Assembly: GCA_034408725.1 (NCBI GenBank)
Contig: JAWXCN010000111.1
Span: 1-32,165, forward strand
Source: Candidatus Hydrogenedentota bacterium
GTDB taxonomy: Bacteria > Hydrogenedentota > Hydrogenedentia > Hydrogenedentales > SLHB01
Direction of reading: 5' to 3'
DNA length: 32,165 nt
The notes below the pieces were generated by a model. The model was given only the letters and a program-made list of their open reading frames with translations, made no database searches and was not told the DNA's origin. Every line of letters starts with the position of its first letter. Within the stretch, counting starts at the first letter, position 1. The translations under genes and the position numbers were made by a program. Shown piece by piece: positions 16,533 through 23,933 of the stretch.

Positions 16533-16881
16533 GATTCGTTCCTTTCGACTTTTTCTTTTCGACGACCGTCTTCAAATAGGCATCCAGACGATCGAAACTC
16601 TCTTCCCAGAAGGTCCTGTATTGCTCCACCCAATCGACCACGTCGCGCAGGGATTCGCCATTGATTTTGCAGGGCCGATACTGCGCATTCCGCGATTTGG
16701 TGATGAGGCCGGCTTTCTCCAGCACCTGTACGTGCTTGGTAACGGCGGGAAGGCTCATGTCCTTCAAGAACGGCTTGGCCAGGTCGGAAACGTTCGCCTC
16801 GCCGCGTGCGAGACGGGCAAGCATGGCCCTCCGGGTGGGATCGGCCAAGGCGGCGAAGGTCTGGCTGAGATGATCCTGCAT
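16516..16881 (-). CDS. ArsR/SmtB-family transcriptional regulator
   Basis: TFAALADPTRRAMLARL, MSLPAVTKHVQVLEKAGLI, WEESFDRLDAYL, typical of ArsR regulators coupled to SRPBCC genes. Confidence 0.94.
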   Translation of the reverse strand: MQDHLSQTFAALADPTRRAMLARLARGEANVSDLAKPFLKDMSLPAVTKHVQVLEKAGLITKSRNAQYRPCKINGESLRDVVDWVEQYRTFWEESFDRLDAYLKTVVEKKKSKGTNHGRKK

Positions 16882-16915
16882 GCGCTTGTGTTTCCGCTGT
16901 AATTAATGCTTTGAT

Positions 16916-16937
16916 TAATTAACCGATAAGTTAATTA
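16916..16937. promoter_or_regulatory. Probable ArsR operator palindrome
   Basis: TAATTAAC-N6-GTTAATTA overlapping the -10 element and predicted start site. Confidence 0.7.
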
Positions 16938-16962
16938 TAAGGCGGAGATGGAAATCTGTCAA
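16934..16962 (-). promoter_or_regulatory. Consensus sigma70 promoter for the ArsR-SRPBCC operon
   Basis: Minus strand TTGACA (16962-16957), 17 bp, TATAAT (16939-16934). Confidence 0.85.
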
Positions 16963-16995
16963 GGCCTTCTTGTTTACGTTTCGCCGCGAGGCGCC

Positions 16996-17024
16996 TTGAC
17001 GAAATCAGCGCAATACTTTAGGCT
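16996..17024 (+). promoter_or_regulatory. Putative divergent sigma70 promoter for the aldo/keto reductase
   Basis: TTGACG-17 bp-TAGGCT; AAGGA RBS before ATG 17064. Confidence 0.55.
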
Positions 17025-17063
17025 ACTCAGTAGTCCCATCGCCAAACCGAAAGGAATCTCGCC

Positions 17064-18122
17064 ATGAAATCCCCCGTGCCGAGCGAAAATCTTAACCGAC
17101 GCAACTTTATGCAGGTTTCAGCCGCTGGAGTCGCCGGGCTTGCGGCAATGCCCGCGCGCGCGGAATCGCCCATCGTGAAAAAGACTCCGGGTGACGATGG
17201 GCTCATCCACCGTAACGAACGGCCCGGCATGCAATACCGGAAATTGGGCCGCACGAATTTCGTGGCGAGCCGGCTGGTATTCGGGTGTGGCGCGGCGTTG
17301 TCTGGCGGCAAGGCGGTGCGTCTGCTGGACCAGGCGTTTGAAGCGGGCGTCAACTTTTACGACATCGGCTCGAATGCGTATTACCGCGGCAGCGAGAAGG
17401 CCCTTGCGCCGTTCCTGAAAGCCAACCGCGATCAGGTTTGGGTTTCGTCGAAGGCGCCGTTGCAAGTTCCCGCCGATCACGTTTTAGGAAAACCGCTTTC
17501 CGCCGCGCAGGGCAAGGTTATGGCGGACAAATGGACCACGCTGATGGAAGAGAGCCTGCGCGATCTCGATACGGACTACGTCGACGCTTATTACCTGATG
17601 GCCGTGGGCGATCCCGTGATCGTAAAAAACGAAGAAATTCACGGCGCGTTCGTTAAAGCGCGCGACGCCGGCAAGATCGGGCACTTCGGCGTGAGCACGC
17701 ATAAGCGCGCGCAGCAGGTGCTCGAGGCGGCGGTCGAGACCGGCTGGTACGATCTCGCGATGATCGCGGTGACCCCTGCGGGCTGGTATGAATGGGAAAC
17801 GCGCGCGATTGCCGAGGGTACACCCAACCTGAAAGAGTTGCGCCCGCAATTGGACAAAGCGCGCGAGGCGGGCATCGGGCTCGTCGGCATGAAGGCTTCG
17901 CGCTTCCTGTCTGGAATGACGTCGGGCGGCAAAGGAAACGAAACAGCGTTCGATTCGCATTACGACGAAAAATACCGCGCGAACAGTCTCACCGCGTTCC
18001 AACGGTCCTACGCGTATGTGCTGGAGAATGGCCTTGATGTGGTCAACGCCGACATGCAGAACTTCAAACACTTCGAGGAAAACGTCGTCGCCGCGCGCGA
18101 GTCGCACACGTACTTCGCGTAG
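17064..18122 (+). CDS. Aldo/keto reductase family protein with twin-arginine signal
   Basis: NRRNFMQVSAAGVAGLAAMPARA; MQYRKLGRT; GVNFYDIG; WVSSK; ESLRDLDTDYVD; GKIGHFGVSTH; GIGLVGMK. Confidence 0.88.
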   Translation: MKSPVPSENLNRRNFMQVSAAGVAGLAAMPARAESPIVKKTPGDDGLIHRNERPGMQYRKLGRTNFVASRLVFGCGAALSGGKAVRLLDQAFEAGVNFYDIGSNAYYRGSEKALAPFLKANRDQVWVSSKAPLQVPADHVLGKPLSAAQGKVMADKWTTLMEESLRDLDTDYVDAYYLMAVGDPVIVKNEEIHGAFVKARDAGKIGHFGVSTHKRAQQVLEAAVETGWYDLAMIAVTPAGWYEWETRAIAEGTPNLKELRPQLDKAREAGIGLVGMKASRFLSGMTSGGKGNETAFDSHYDEKYRANSLTAFQRSYAYVLENGLDVVNADMQNFKHFEENVVAARESHTYFA

Positions 18123-18124
18123 GA

Positions 18125-18205
18125 TTATCGTAGCGGGTCGATCACTGTGTCAGAAAGTCGAACCGGTAAAAATCGGCATCACGCGTATAAATGCGCGTGA
18201 TGCAT
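18125..18205 (-). pseudogene. Remnant of a PIN/VapC toxin gene (ATG fused to the last about 24 codons, frameshifted)
   Basis: Minus strand: ATG C ATC ACG CGC ATT TAT ACG CGT GAT GCC GAT TTT TAC CGG TTC GAC TTT CTG ACA [CA] GTG ATC GAC CCG CTA CGA TAA = ITRIYTRDADFYRFDFLT/VIDPLR*, the PIN C-terminal TxDxDF...VxDP motif, directly after the antitoxin stop. Confidence 0.75.
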
Positions 18206-18445
18206 CTACTTGTCCTCCCGAGTTCGTTCCATCAGGTCGTACAGAGCGTCCCGATCGGCAACATCGACTCGTGGCTGTCCCATATGGAAAGTAGGTAGTG
18301 GCGGCATTGGCTTGTTTTGTCGACGCGGCGAAAGCAATGCACGCAACGCAGTTTCGACCAACTCGGACATCGTTCGTCCTTGGCGGGCAGCTTCTTCCTT
18401 TAACCTGCGCATAACAGTTTTGTCGATATTGAGGGTGGTCTTCAT
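18206..18445 (-). CDS. Ribbon-helix-helix (CopG/VapB-like) antitoxin
   Basis: MKTTLNIDKTVMRRLKEEAARQGRTMSELVETALR...LPTFHMGQPRVDVADRDALYDLME; start reassigned to ATG 18445. Confidence 0.88.
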   Translation of the reverse strand: MKTTLNIDKTVMRRLKEEAARQGRTMSELVETALRALLSPRRQNKPMPPLPTFHMGQPRVDVADRDALYDLMERTREDK

Positions 18446-18495
18446 ATGGAAAACCATATCATATATATTGGCTTTCCGTTAAGTGTCCGTAGCCA

Positions 18496-18528
18496 AAAAA
18501 AGAGGGATAGCCTTGGTAAGGCTATCCC
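18496..18528 (-). terminator. Rho-independent terminator of the DUF362 operon
   Basis: GGGATAGCCTT-acc-AAGGCTATCCC then TCTTTTTTT on the minus strand. Confidence 0.85.
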
Positions 18529-18553
18529 GAAATCTGACAGCGAATTTTGGTGT

Positions 18554-19756
18554 TTACGCCAGCATGTGTTCGCGTGCGGCCCTCAGGCGCCGTTCGATGT
18601 CGATTCCTTGCGGGCATGCGCGGGAGGCTTCGGAGAAGTCGACGCCATCGTAATCGCGCTCGAGCGCGGGCAGCGCGTTGTAGAGTTCGCGGGCTGTCTC
18701 CGGTTCGTGATAACTTTCGAAGTACATGAGGTAGCGCATAGCGTCCGCGATCTTGAGGTGGCCGTTAATCTTTGATTCGCAGATATTGCTGCACCCTTTG
18801 CAATGTGAGGCGGCGGTCAACGCCGCGAGACGGTTGAGTTGGGTAAACTCGTTCATGGTGAGTTGCACGGGCGATGCCGCGGCGGAACAGTTTTCCTGCA
18901 CGAGTTGTACGTTGGTCATGCCGGAGACGGCGGCGTCGATGCGTTCGTCAGCCCAGACCGATTTCAGTTTCGCCTGGCCCAGGGTAAAGTTCTTCGATTG
19001 GAAGCCGAGGACTTTCTCCTGATCGTCGGGGACGGACGCCTGGGTCTTCATCGCGATTAGGCCGATGCCCGCGGCCTTGCAGTTGTCGATGGCCTGGTTC
19101 AGTTGCACATCGCCGTATTGGCGGAAGTTGAATCGGAACATGATCGCGTCGATGCCGCCGACTTTCGCGGCCTTGTTCATTAGTTCGACGACATTGCCAT
19201 CGTGGCAGGAGAAGCCGAAAAACTTTGTTTTGCCCGATTTCTTGAGTTCATCACCCATCTTGATGAATTCGGGTTCGAGCAACCGCTCTTCCTTGACCAT
19301 GTGCATGAAAAACATGTCGAGGTATTCAGTGTCGAGGTCCCTCAGACAGGTATCGAAATTCTTTTTGAAGTTTTGCGCGTTGGCCGCGTCGCCAAGCAGG
19401 CACACCTTCGACGTGATCCAGAGTTTCTTCCGATCACCAATCTGCTTGACGAACGGCGCAATGGTCTTTTGGGACTGCCCGCCGGCGTATGCCTGCGCGG
19501 TATCAAGATAGTAGCATCCCATCTGAAATGCGCGGTGGAGGCGTTTGTCATACGTGGGATCAAATTTCTGCGAACCGCCCATCAAAACGATGGGCACTTC
19601 CGCGCCGGTCTTGCCCAACTTCTTGCGGGGCACGAGGGCCGCTTCCTGTGGCGCTTCCTCCGCGCCGTGCGCGGCGCCCGTCATTACGCTGGCTCCGGCG
19701 CCCGCGGCGACGGCGCCTTTCATGAAATCCCGTCGTGCTATGCGATCTCGGCTCAT
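18554..19756 (-). CDS. Aldo/keto reductase with twin-arginine signal and C-terminal Fe-S-like Cys motifs
   Basis: ARRDFMKGAVAAG; tetrad in LDTAQAY, ITSK, FFMH; C-terminal CKGCSNICESK and CPQGIDI; GGAG RBS. Confidence 0.92.
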   Translation of the reverse strand: MSRDRIARRDFMKGAVAAGAGASVMTGAAHGAEEAPQEAALVPRKKLGKTGAEVPIVLMGGSQKFDPTYDKRLHRAFQMGCYYLDTAQAYAGGQSQKTIAPFVKQIGDRKKLWITSKVCLLGDAANAQNFKKNFDTCLRDLDTEYLDMFFMHMVKEERLLEPEFIKMGDELKKSGKTKFFGFSCHDGNVVELMNKAAKVGGIDAIMFRFNFRQYGDVQLNQAIDNCKAAGIGLIAMKTQASVPDDQEKVLGFQSKNFTLGQAKLKSVWADERIDAAVSGMTNVQLVQENCSAAASPVQLTMNEFTQLNRLAALTAASHCKGCSNICESKINGHLKIADAMRYLMYFESYHEPETARELYNALPALERDYDGVDFSEASRACPQGIDIERRLRAAREHMLA

Positions 19757-19794
19757 GGTGCGGTCTCCCTTAATTGGCGGCGCTTTGGGCGCGG

Positions 19795-21438
19795 TTAGGC
19801 TACTTCTCCACGCGATTTGAGCAACAACTTACGTTCATCGGATCGGCTTTCGCCGACCGCGGTCACATAGACGGCGCGCTGGTCTTTTACCGGACATTCA
19901 TTCTCGCATATTCCACAGCCGATGCAAAGGTCCGGCACCATGAACGGCTTGTTCAGAACGACGATATTGCCATAAACGTCTTTTGCTTCTTCGTCTTTGG
20001 TTTGAATTGCCTTGGGCGACGTCGGGCACACTTCCTCGCACACGACACAGGGTATTTCCATCGCATGCGGCAGGCAGCGGCCCACGTCGAAGAAAGCCGT
20101 ACCCAGACGGATGGGGCCTTCTTCCGTGTACGTTCCCTTGCCCAGTTTTTCTTCGACGGTGATTTTCCGGATAGCGCCCGTCGGGCAGACTTCCGAGCAC
20201 AGCGTGCATTTCAACTGGCAATGGCCAATCTTGAAATTCATCACCGGTGTCCAAAGGCCTTCCAGGCCGGCTTCCTGGTAGGTCGCCGGTTGAAGCACAT
20301 TGGTGGGGCACGCATTGATGCACTGGTCGCACTTGATGCATTTGGAAAGAAAGGCGTTTTCTTCGACAGAACCGGGCGGACGCATCAGTTTGGGTGAAAA
20401 GTTTTCGTTGGTGTTCACGCCGTGATTCTTGATAAATGGGTAGGCCAACAACCCAAGAATTCCGGCGAAAACCAAGCGCCGACGCGACATGTCCGGTCCG
20501 GGGACTACCTGCTTGGTGTCGAGTTTCACCATCGAGAACGAGAGCGCGTCCTCGGGGCAATCGTCGATACAGTTCATGCACGAGAAGCACTCACTCAAGC
20601 GGAGTTTGCCTTGCGGGTCCGCGGCGCCTTCGCAGCGGGAGAGGCACAGGTTGCAGTCGGTACACTTATGCACGTCGCGGTTGATGCGGAATAGTGAGAA
20701 CCGCGAAAAAACACCGAGCAGCGCGCCGAGGGGACAGAGCACGCGGCAGAAAAACCGTGGAATGATGATGTTCATGCCGACGAGGCCGACGATGACAAGT
20801 CCGATCCAGAAAGACCCGACAAACACGCGGCTGTTCACGCCCGGTTTGAACTTCATGTTGTCGAGCCAAACGGTGTCAAGCGCCATTCCGTTTGCAGTGA
20901 GCGAGGCCTGATCGATGACCATGTCGGTGGCGGGTGTAACGACGGTTGCGAAGGTGCGGTACATTAAACAAATGGGATCGAGCAGGCCAATCTGCAATGC
21001 GCCCATCGACGCCATCAGCAGAAAAACCGTGAGGATTCCGTATTTCAGAAAATAGATGCCGCGGTAGCGATTTTCGTCGATGCGGGATTTGGCGTTCCCG
21101 ATATTGAACAGCCAGCCGACGAATTGGTGCAGCGTTCCATAGGGGCAAATCCAGTTGCAGAACACCCGTCCGAACAGCAATGTGACGCCAATGATGAGAA
21201 TACCCCAGCCGAGATACCGGTAGACGTATCCGGTCGAGAGCATGGTGGCGATCATCACGAGCGGGTCCATCTCGAGGATGCGCGAAACGGGATAGCCGCC
21301 GAGGCGGGAAGTCCAAGTCGCCCAAATCGAAAAGATAAACACTGCGAAGAAGAATATCTGCGAGAGGATGCGCGCGTTGGTGAGCCGCAATGCCTTGCGG
21401 GTGTTGAAGCCTTTTAGATACGCGGTGAGTCGTTGCAT
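19795..21438 (-). CDS. Membrane 4Fe-4S polyferredoxin (NapH/MauN-like fused to NapG/MauM-like domain)
   Basis: [23 protein letters not shown], CxxCxxCxxxC(P) clusters, RPPGS..E..F...[24 protein letters not shown]. Start reassigned to ATG 21438 (MQRL), just downstream of the DUF362 stop. Confidence 0.92.
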   Translation of the reverse strand: MQRLTAYLKGFNTRKALRLTNARILSQIFFFAVFIFSIWATWTSRLGGYPVSRILEMDPLVMIATMLSTGYVYRYLGWGILIIGVTLLFGRVFCNWICPYGTLHQFVGWLFNIGNAKSRIDENRYRGIYFLKYGILTVFLLMASMGALQIGLLDPICLMYRTFATVVTPATDMVIDQASLTANGMALDTVWLDNMKFKPGVNSRVFVGSFWIGLVIVGLVGMNIIIPRFFCRVLCPLGALLGVFSRFSLFRINRDVHKCTDCNLCLSRCEGAADPQGKLRLSECFSCMNCIDDCPEDALSFSMVKLDTKQVVPGPDMSRRRLVFAGILGLLAYPFIKNHGVNTNENFSPKLMRPPGSVEENAFLSKCIKCDQCINACPTNVLQPATYQEAGLEGLWTPVMNFKIGHCQLKCTLCSEVCPTGAIRKITVEEKLGKGTYTEEGPIRLGTAFFDVGRCLPHAMEIPCVVCEEVCPTSPKAIQTKDEEAKDVYGNIVVLNKPFMVPDLCIGCGICENECPVKDQRAVYVTAVGESRSDERKLLLKSRGEVA

Positions 21439-21457
21439 AACAATGTTGCCGTGTGCA

Positions 21458-22549
21458 TCACACGATGCGGATTCTGCCGTCCCAATTGATGCTTCCGCTG
21501 CCCTTCTCTTCCGCCTTGAACAGATACTGCGGATAATCTCGCCCACGCTCGAGCAAATGTTCGAATGCCCAGGCATCCGAGGCCACCGGGTCAACCGAAG
21601 CGATGACTGTATGGCCCGGCTTTACGTTTGACGGATCACCGCCGGTCGGTCCGTTTTGCATGAGGATGTGCGTGCCGTCCAGAATTGTCATGGTTGGCCG
21701 AATCATGATGGATAAATCGGAGACAATTCCGTGGATATCCTGATGGAACTGGTTGCGCGTGCCGCCAAGCAGCCCGTACCAGTTCTTGATACCCATCGAC
21801 GCATGACAGAGGTTGTGATCCTTGACCGGCGCCAACCCTATTACCTTGTCGACGTTCGTGAACGGCCGTTGAAAGAACCACCAATGCTCGATCAATTCCG
21901 CACCGGGCGTGTTCAACATCTTGAACGCGTTGGAGTCCGGAAGGTAGACGCGGCCCCCACCCTTTTCCGTCGCGAAGCTGACCTTGCTTTTTTCAAAGCA
22001 GTCCGCGGGCGACTCGATAGGATTATCCGCGACGCGGACTTCCTGCGCGCGGCAATCAACGAGCAGCATTTTGATAATCAGTTCGACCAACTCCGGATTC
22101 GAAGTTGCGCCCAAATTGGGTGCGCGATCAAAAGCAACATTCGGTTTAAGCAAAACGATATCGCCGGGCTGGACGTAATGTTTAATTCCGCCGATGGCAT
22201 CCAGCGCGGCCATCAGTTTTTCCTGCGGTGTGCCTTGGCGTCCAATACCGACATCCGGCTTTCCGAACGGCTTCTCGACGCGGTAGTCGCGCAGGCTGAA
22301 AGGTGTGTGCTGGGGCACGCTCCGCAGGCCGCTTTTGTCACGCAACGAAAGCGGCCAATTCTCCGGGGCCGCGGCGAGGTAGGTTGCCGCCCCGGCGATT
22401 CCCCCAACGGTACTGATGCGCCGGAAAAACGTGCGACGGTTCATTTCCGACTTGACGTAGTCAGGATGCTGAATAGGCTTCGTCTTCGGGGGCTTCTGCT
22501 TGGGGGGATTGTTCCGGCTTTCCGGGTCCTCGGGTCTGCTGGTATCCAT
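21458..22549 (-). CDS. DUF362 family protein with twin-arginine-like leader
   Basis: MNRRTFF..; [59 protein letters not shown]. The start could instead be the MNRR Met near 22444. Confidence 0.9.
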   Translation of the reverse strand: MDTSRPEDPESRNNPPKQKPPKTKPIQHPDYVKSEMNRRTFFRRISTVGGIAGAATYLAAAPENWPLSLRDKSGLRSVPQHTPFSLRDYRVEKPFGKPDVGIGRQGTPQEKLMAALDAIGGIKHYVQPGDIVLLKPNVAFDRAPNLGATSNPELVELIIKMLLVDCRAQEVRVADNPIESPADCFEKSKVSFATEKGGGRVYLPDSNAFKMLNTPGAELIEHWWFFQRPFTNVDKVIGLAPVKDHNLCHASMGIKNWYGLLGGTRNQFHQDIHGIVSDLSIMIRPTMTILDGTHILMQNGPTGGDPSNVKPGHTVIASVDPVASDAWAFEHLLERGRDYPQYLFKAEEKGSGSINWDGRIRIV

Positions 22550-23672
22550 CGCCTAGATCGTCCAATGCCGATCTCAACAGGGTTGACGCCTGTTCGAGCA
22601 CAGCGGTTTCCGGCGCGCCGTCCACGCCGTACACGAAGTTGTTCTGTTTACCGAGCGACAGGTAGGCGTCGAGCACCTTGTGCTTCAACACCACTTCGCT
22701 CTCAGTCCGGCTGACTTCATCGTAATCGAAGAGCTGGTTTTCCAGCAACTTATCAAATAACGCCGTTGCCTCGTCCGGTGACGCGGCCTCGTGCATGTAA
22801 TACCTAAACACGGAATCTGATCCGGACGTTCCAAACCAGAAATCCTTGGCAAAATCGTACTGAAATACGTCCGATTTTTCAAACTGAATTCCGTCAAAAG
22901 GCACCTTAAGTCCGTTGGCCAAGACGGTATACGGGGCAGGCAGGGCGCCTTCTCCAGCCATGTCGGCAAAGGTCCCAGCGAGTTGCTTGGCCTTTTCCTG
23001 GATTTCGGGTGCGTCCGAGTTGCCGGAAACCTTGAAGTAGTATGGTCCGGCTATGCCAATTGCTCCCGCGGACGTTGGATAGTAGTTCGCAGCGCCGGTA
23101 GACACAATTTTTGCTGTTTCATCCCGTTGGGCCGCGAATATGCCGAGTGCGTTGGGCAACGCGCCCATGTCGTAAAGTTCTATTGAAAGGTCATGTCCGG
23201 CTTCCTCTTTGGCCAGTGAAATGTAGTCCATTTGGACGAATCCGAATTGAAAAAACTGGTCCGCCGCACCGTTGATTTTCTCGTACAGATTCTCTGCCGT
23301 GAAGTGTTGCAGGCGCGATGATGGTGTCCACCCTGCGTCAAGGATGGTATTGGGAAATGGGGCCATCTCAACCGCGGGTGCATTCGCGGCGCCGCCACTT
23401 CCAAGGGTTGCGGGGTCCACCCAGCGCAATAGCGGGGTGCGGTATAGGGTGTCGTGCACCGTGCCCTCTTCGAGCAGCGCCATCGAAATGTCCCGTTCGC
23501 CGGGGTCAAAATCCTCTTTCTTGGACAAAAACCATACGCCCATGACCACTACTGCAACGCCGAAGATCGCGCTTGCAACTATTTCGACCGTCGAAATACG
23601 TTTTCGGAGCACTTTGCGTTTGCGGTCGGTGAAAACCTTATGGTCACGCGAACTGATAAACCAACGCGGCAC
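22461..23672 (-). CDS. Membrane-anchored DUF6599-like protein
   Basis: One N-terminal TM helix; ENLYEKINGAADQFFQFGF, IELYDMGALPNALGIF, GPYYFKV; paralogous to 14586-15521. Confidence 0.82.
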   Translation of the reverse strand: MPRWFISSRDHKVFTDRKRKVLRKRISTVEIVASAIFGVAVVVMGVWFLSKKEDFDPGERDISMALLEEGTVHDTLYRTPLLRWVDPATLGSGGAANAPAVEMAPFPNTILDAGWTPSSRLQHFTAENLYEKINGAADQFFQFGFVQMDYISLAKEEAGHDLSIELYDMGALPNALGIFAAQRDETAKIVSTGAANYYPTSAGAIGIAGPYYFKVSGNSDAPEIQEKAKQLAGTFADMAGEGALPAPYTVLANGLKVPFDGIQFEKSDVFQYDFAKDFWFGTSGSDSVFRYYMHEAASPDEATALFDKLLENQLFDYDEVSRTESEVVLKHKVLDAYLSLGKQNNFVYGVDGAPETAVLEQASTLLRSALDDLGDGYQQTRGPGKPEQSPQAEAPEDEAYSAS

Positions 23673-23876
23673 TGCTCTTCTCCACTGCGTTCACTTCCAA
23701 AACTTTGTCATCCTACTATACACCAATTGCCCTTGGAAGGCATTTGCGCGCAGCGCGATTTCGGAAAAATCTAAAGCGAAACTGGCTGGGAAACGGAAAG
23801 CGGTCGCTACCCGCTACCGCAGTCCAAGGCGCTCCGCGCGGATTCTGGACGTTGGTTGGCTGCGCAGAAATGAAAG

Positions 23877-23910
23877 CGCGCCGGGCCGCGTTATTGCCAG
23901 GCCCGGCGCG
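23877..23910 (-). terminator. Probable terminator after the FecR/DUF6600 gene
   Basis: CGCGCCGGGCC / GGCCCGGCGCG 11-bp stem followed on the minus strand by CTTTCATTTC. Confidence 0.6.
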
Positions 23911-23933
23911 GACTTCCGCTCTTGGTCGTGGAA

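Noticed and set aside
21439-21594. N-terminal extension of the polyferredoxin ORF (likewise 7839-7925, 26214-26330, 29430-29480)
   Set aside because: Overlaps the upstream gene or repeats; downstream ATGs have better RBS, signal-peptide or spacing support.
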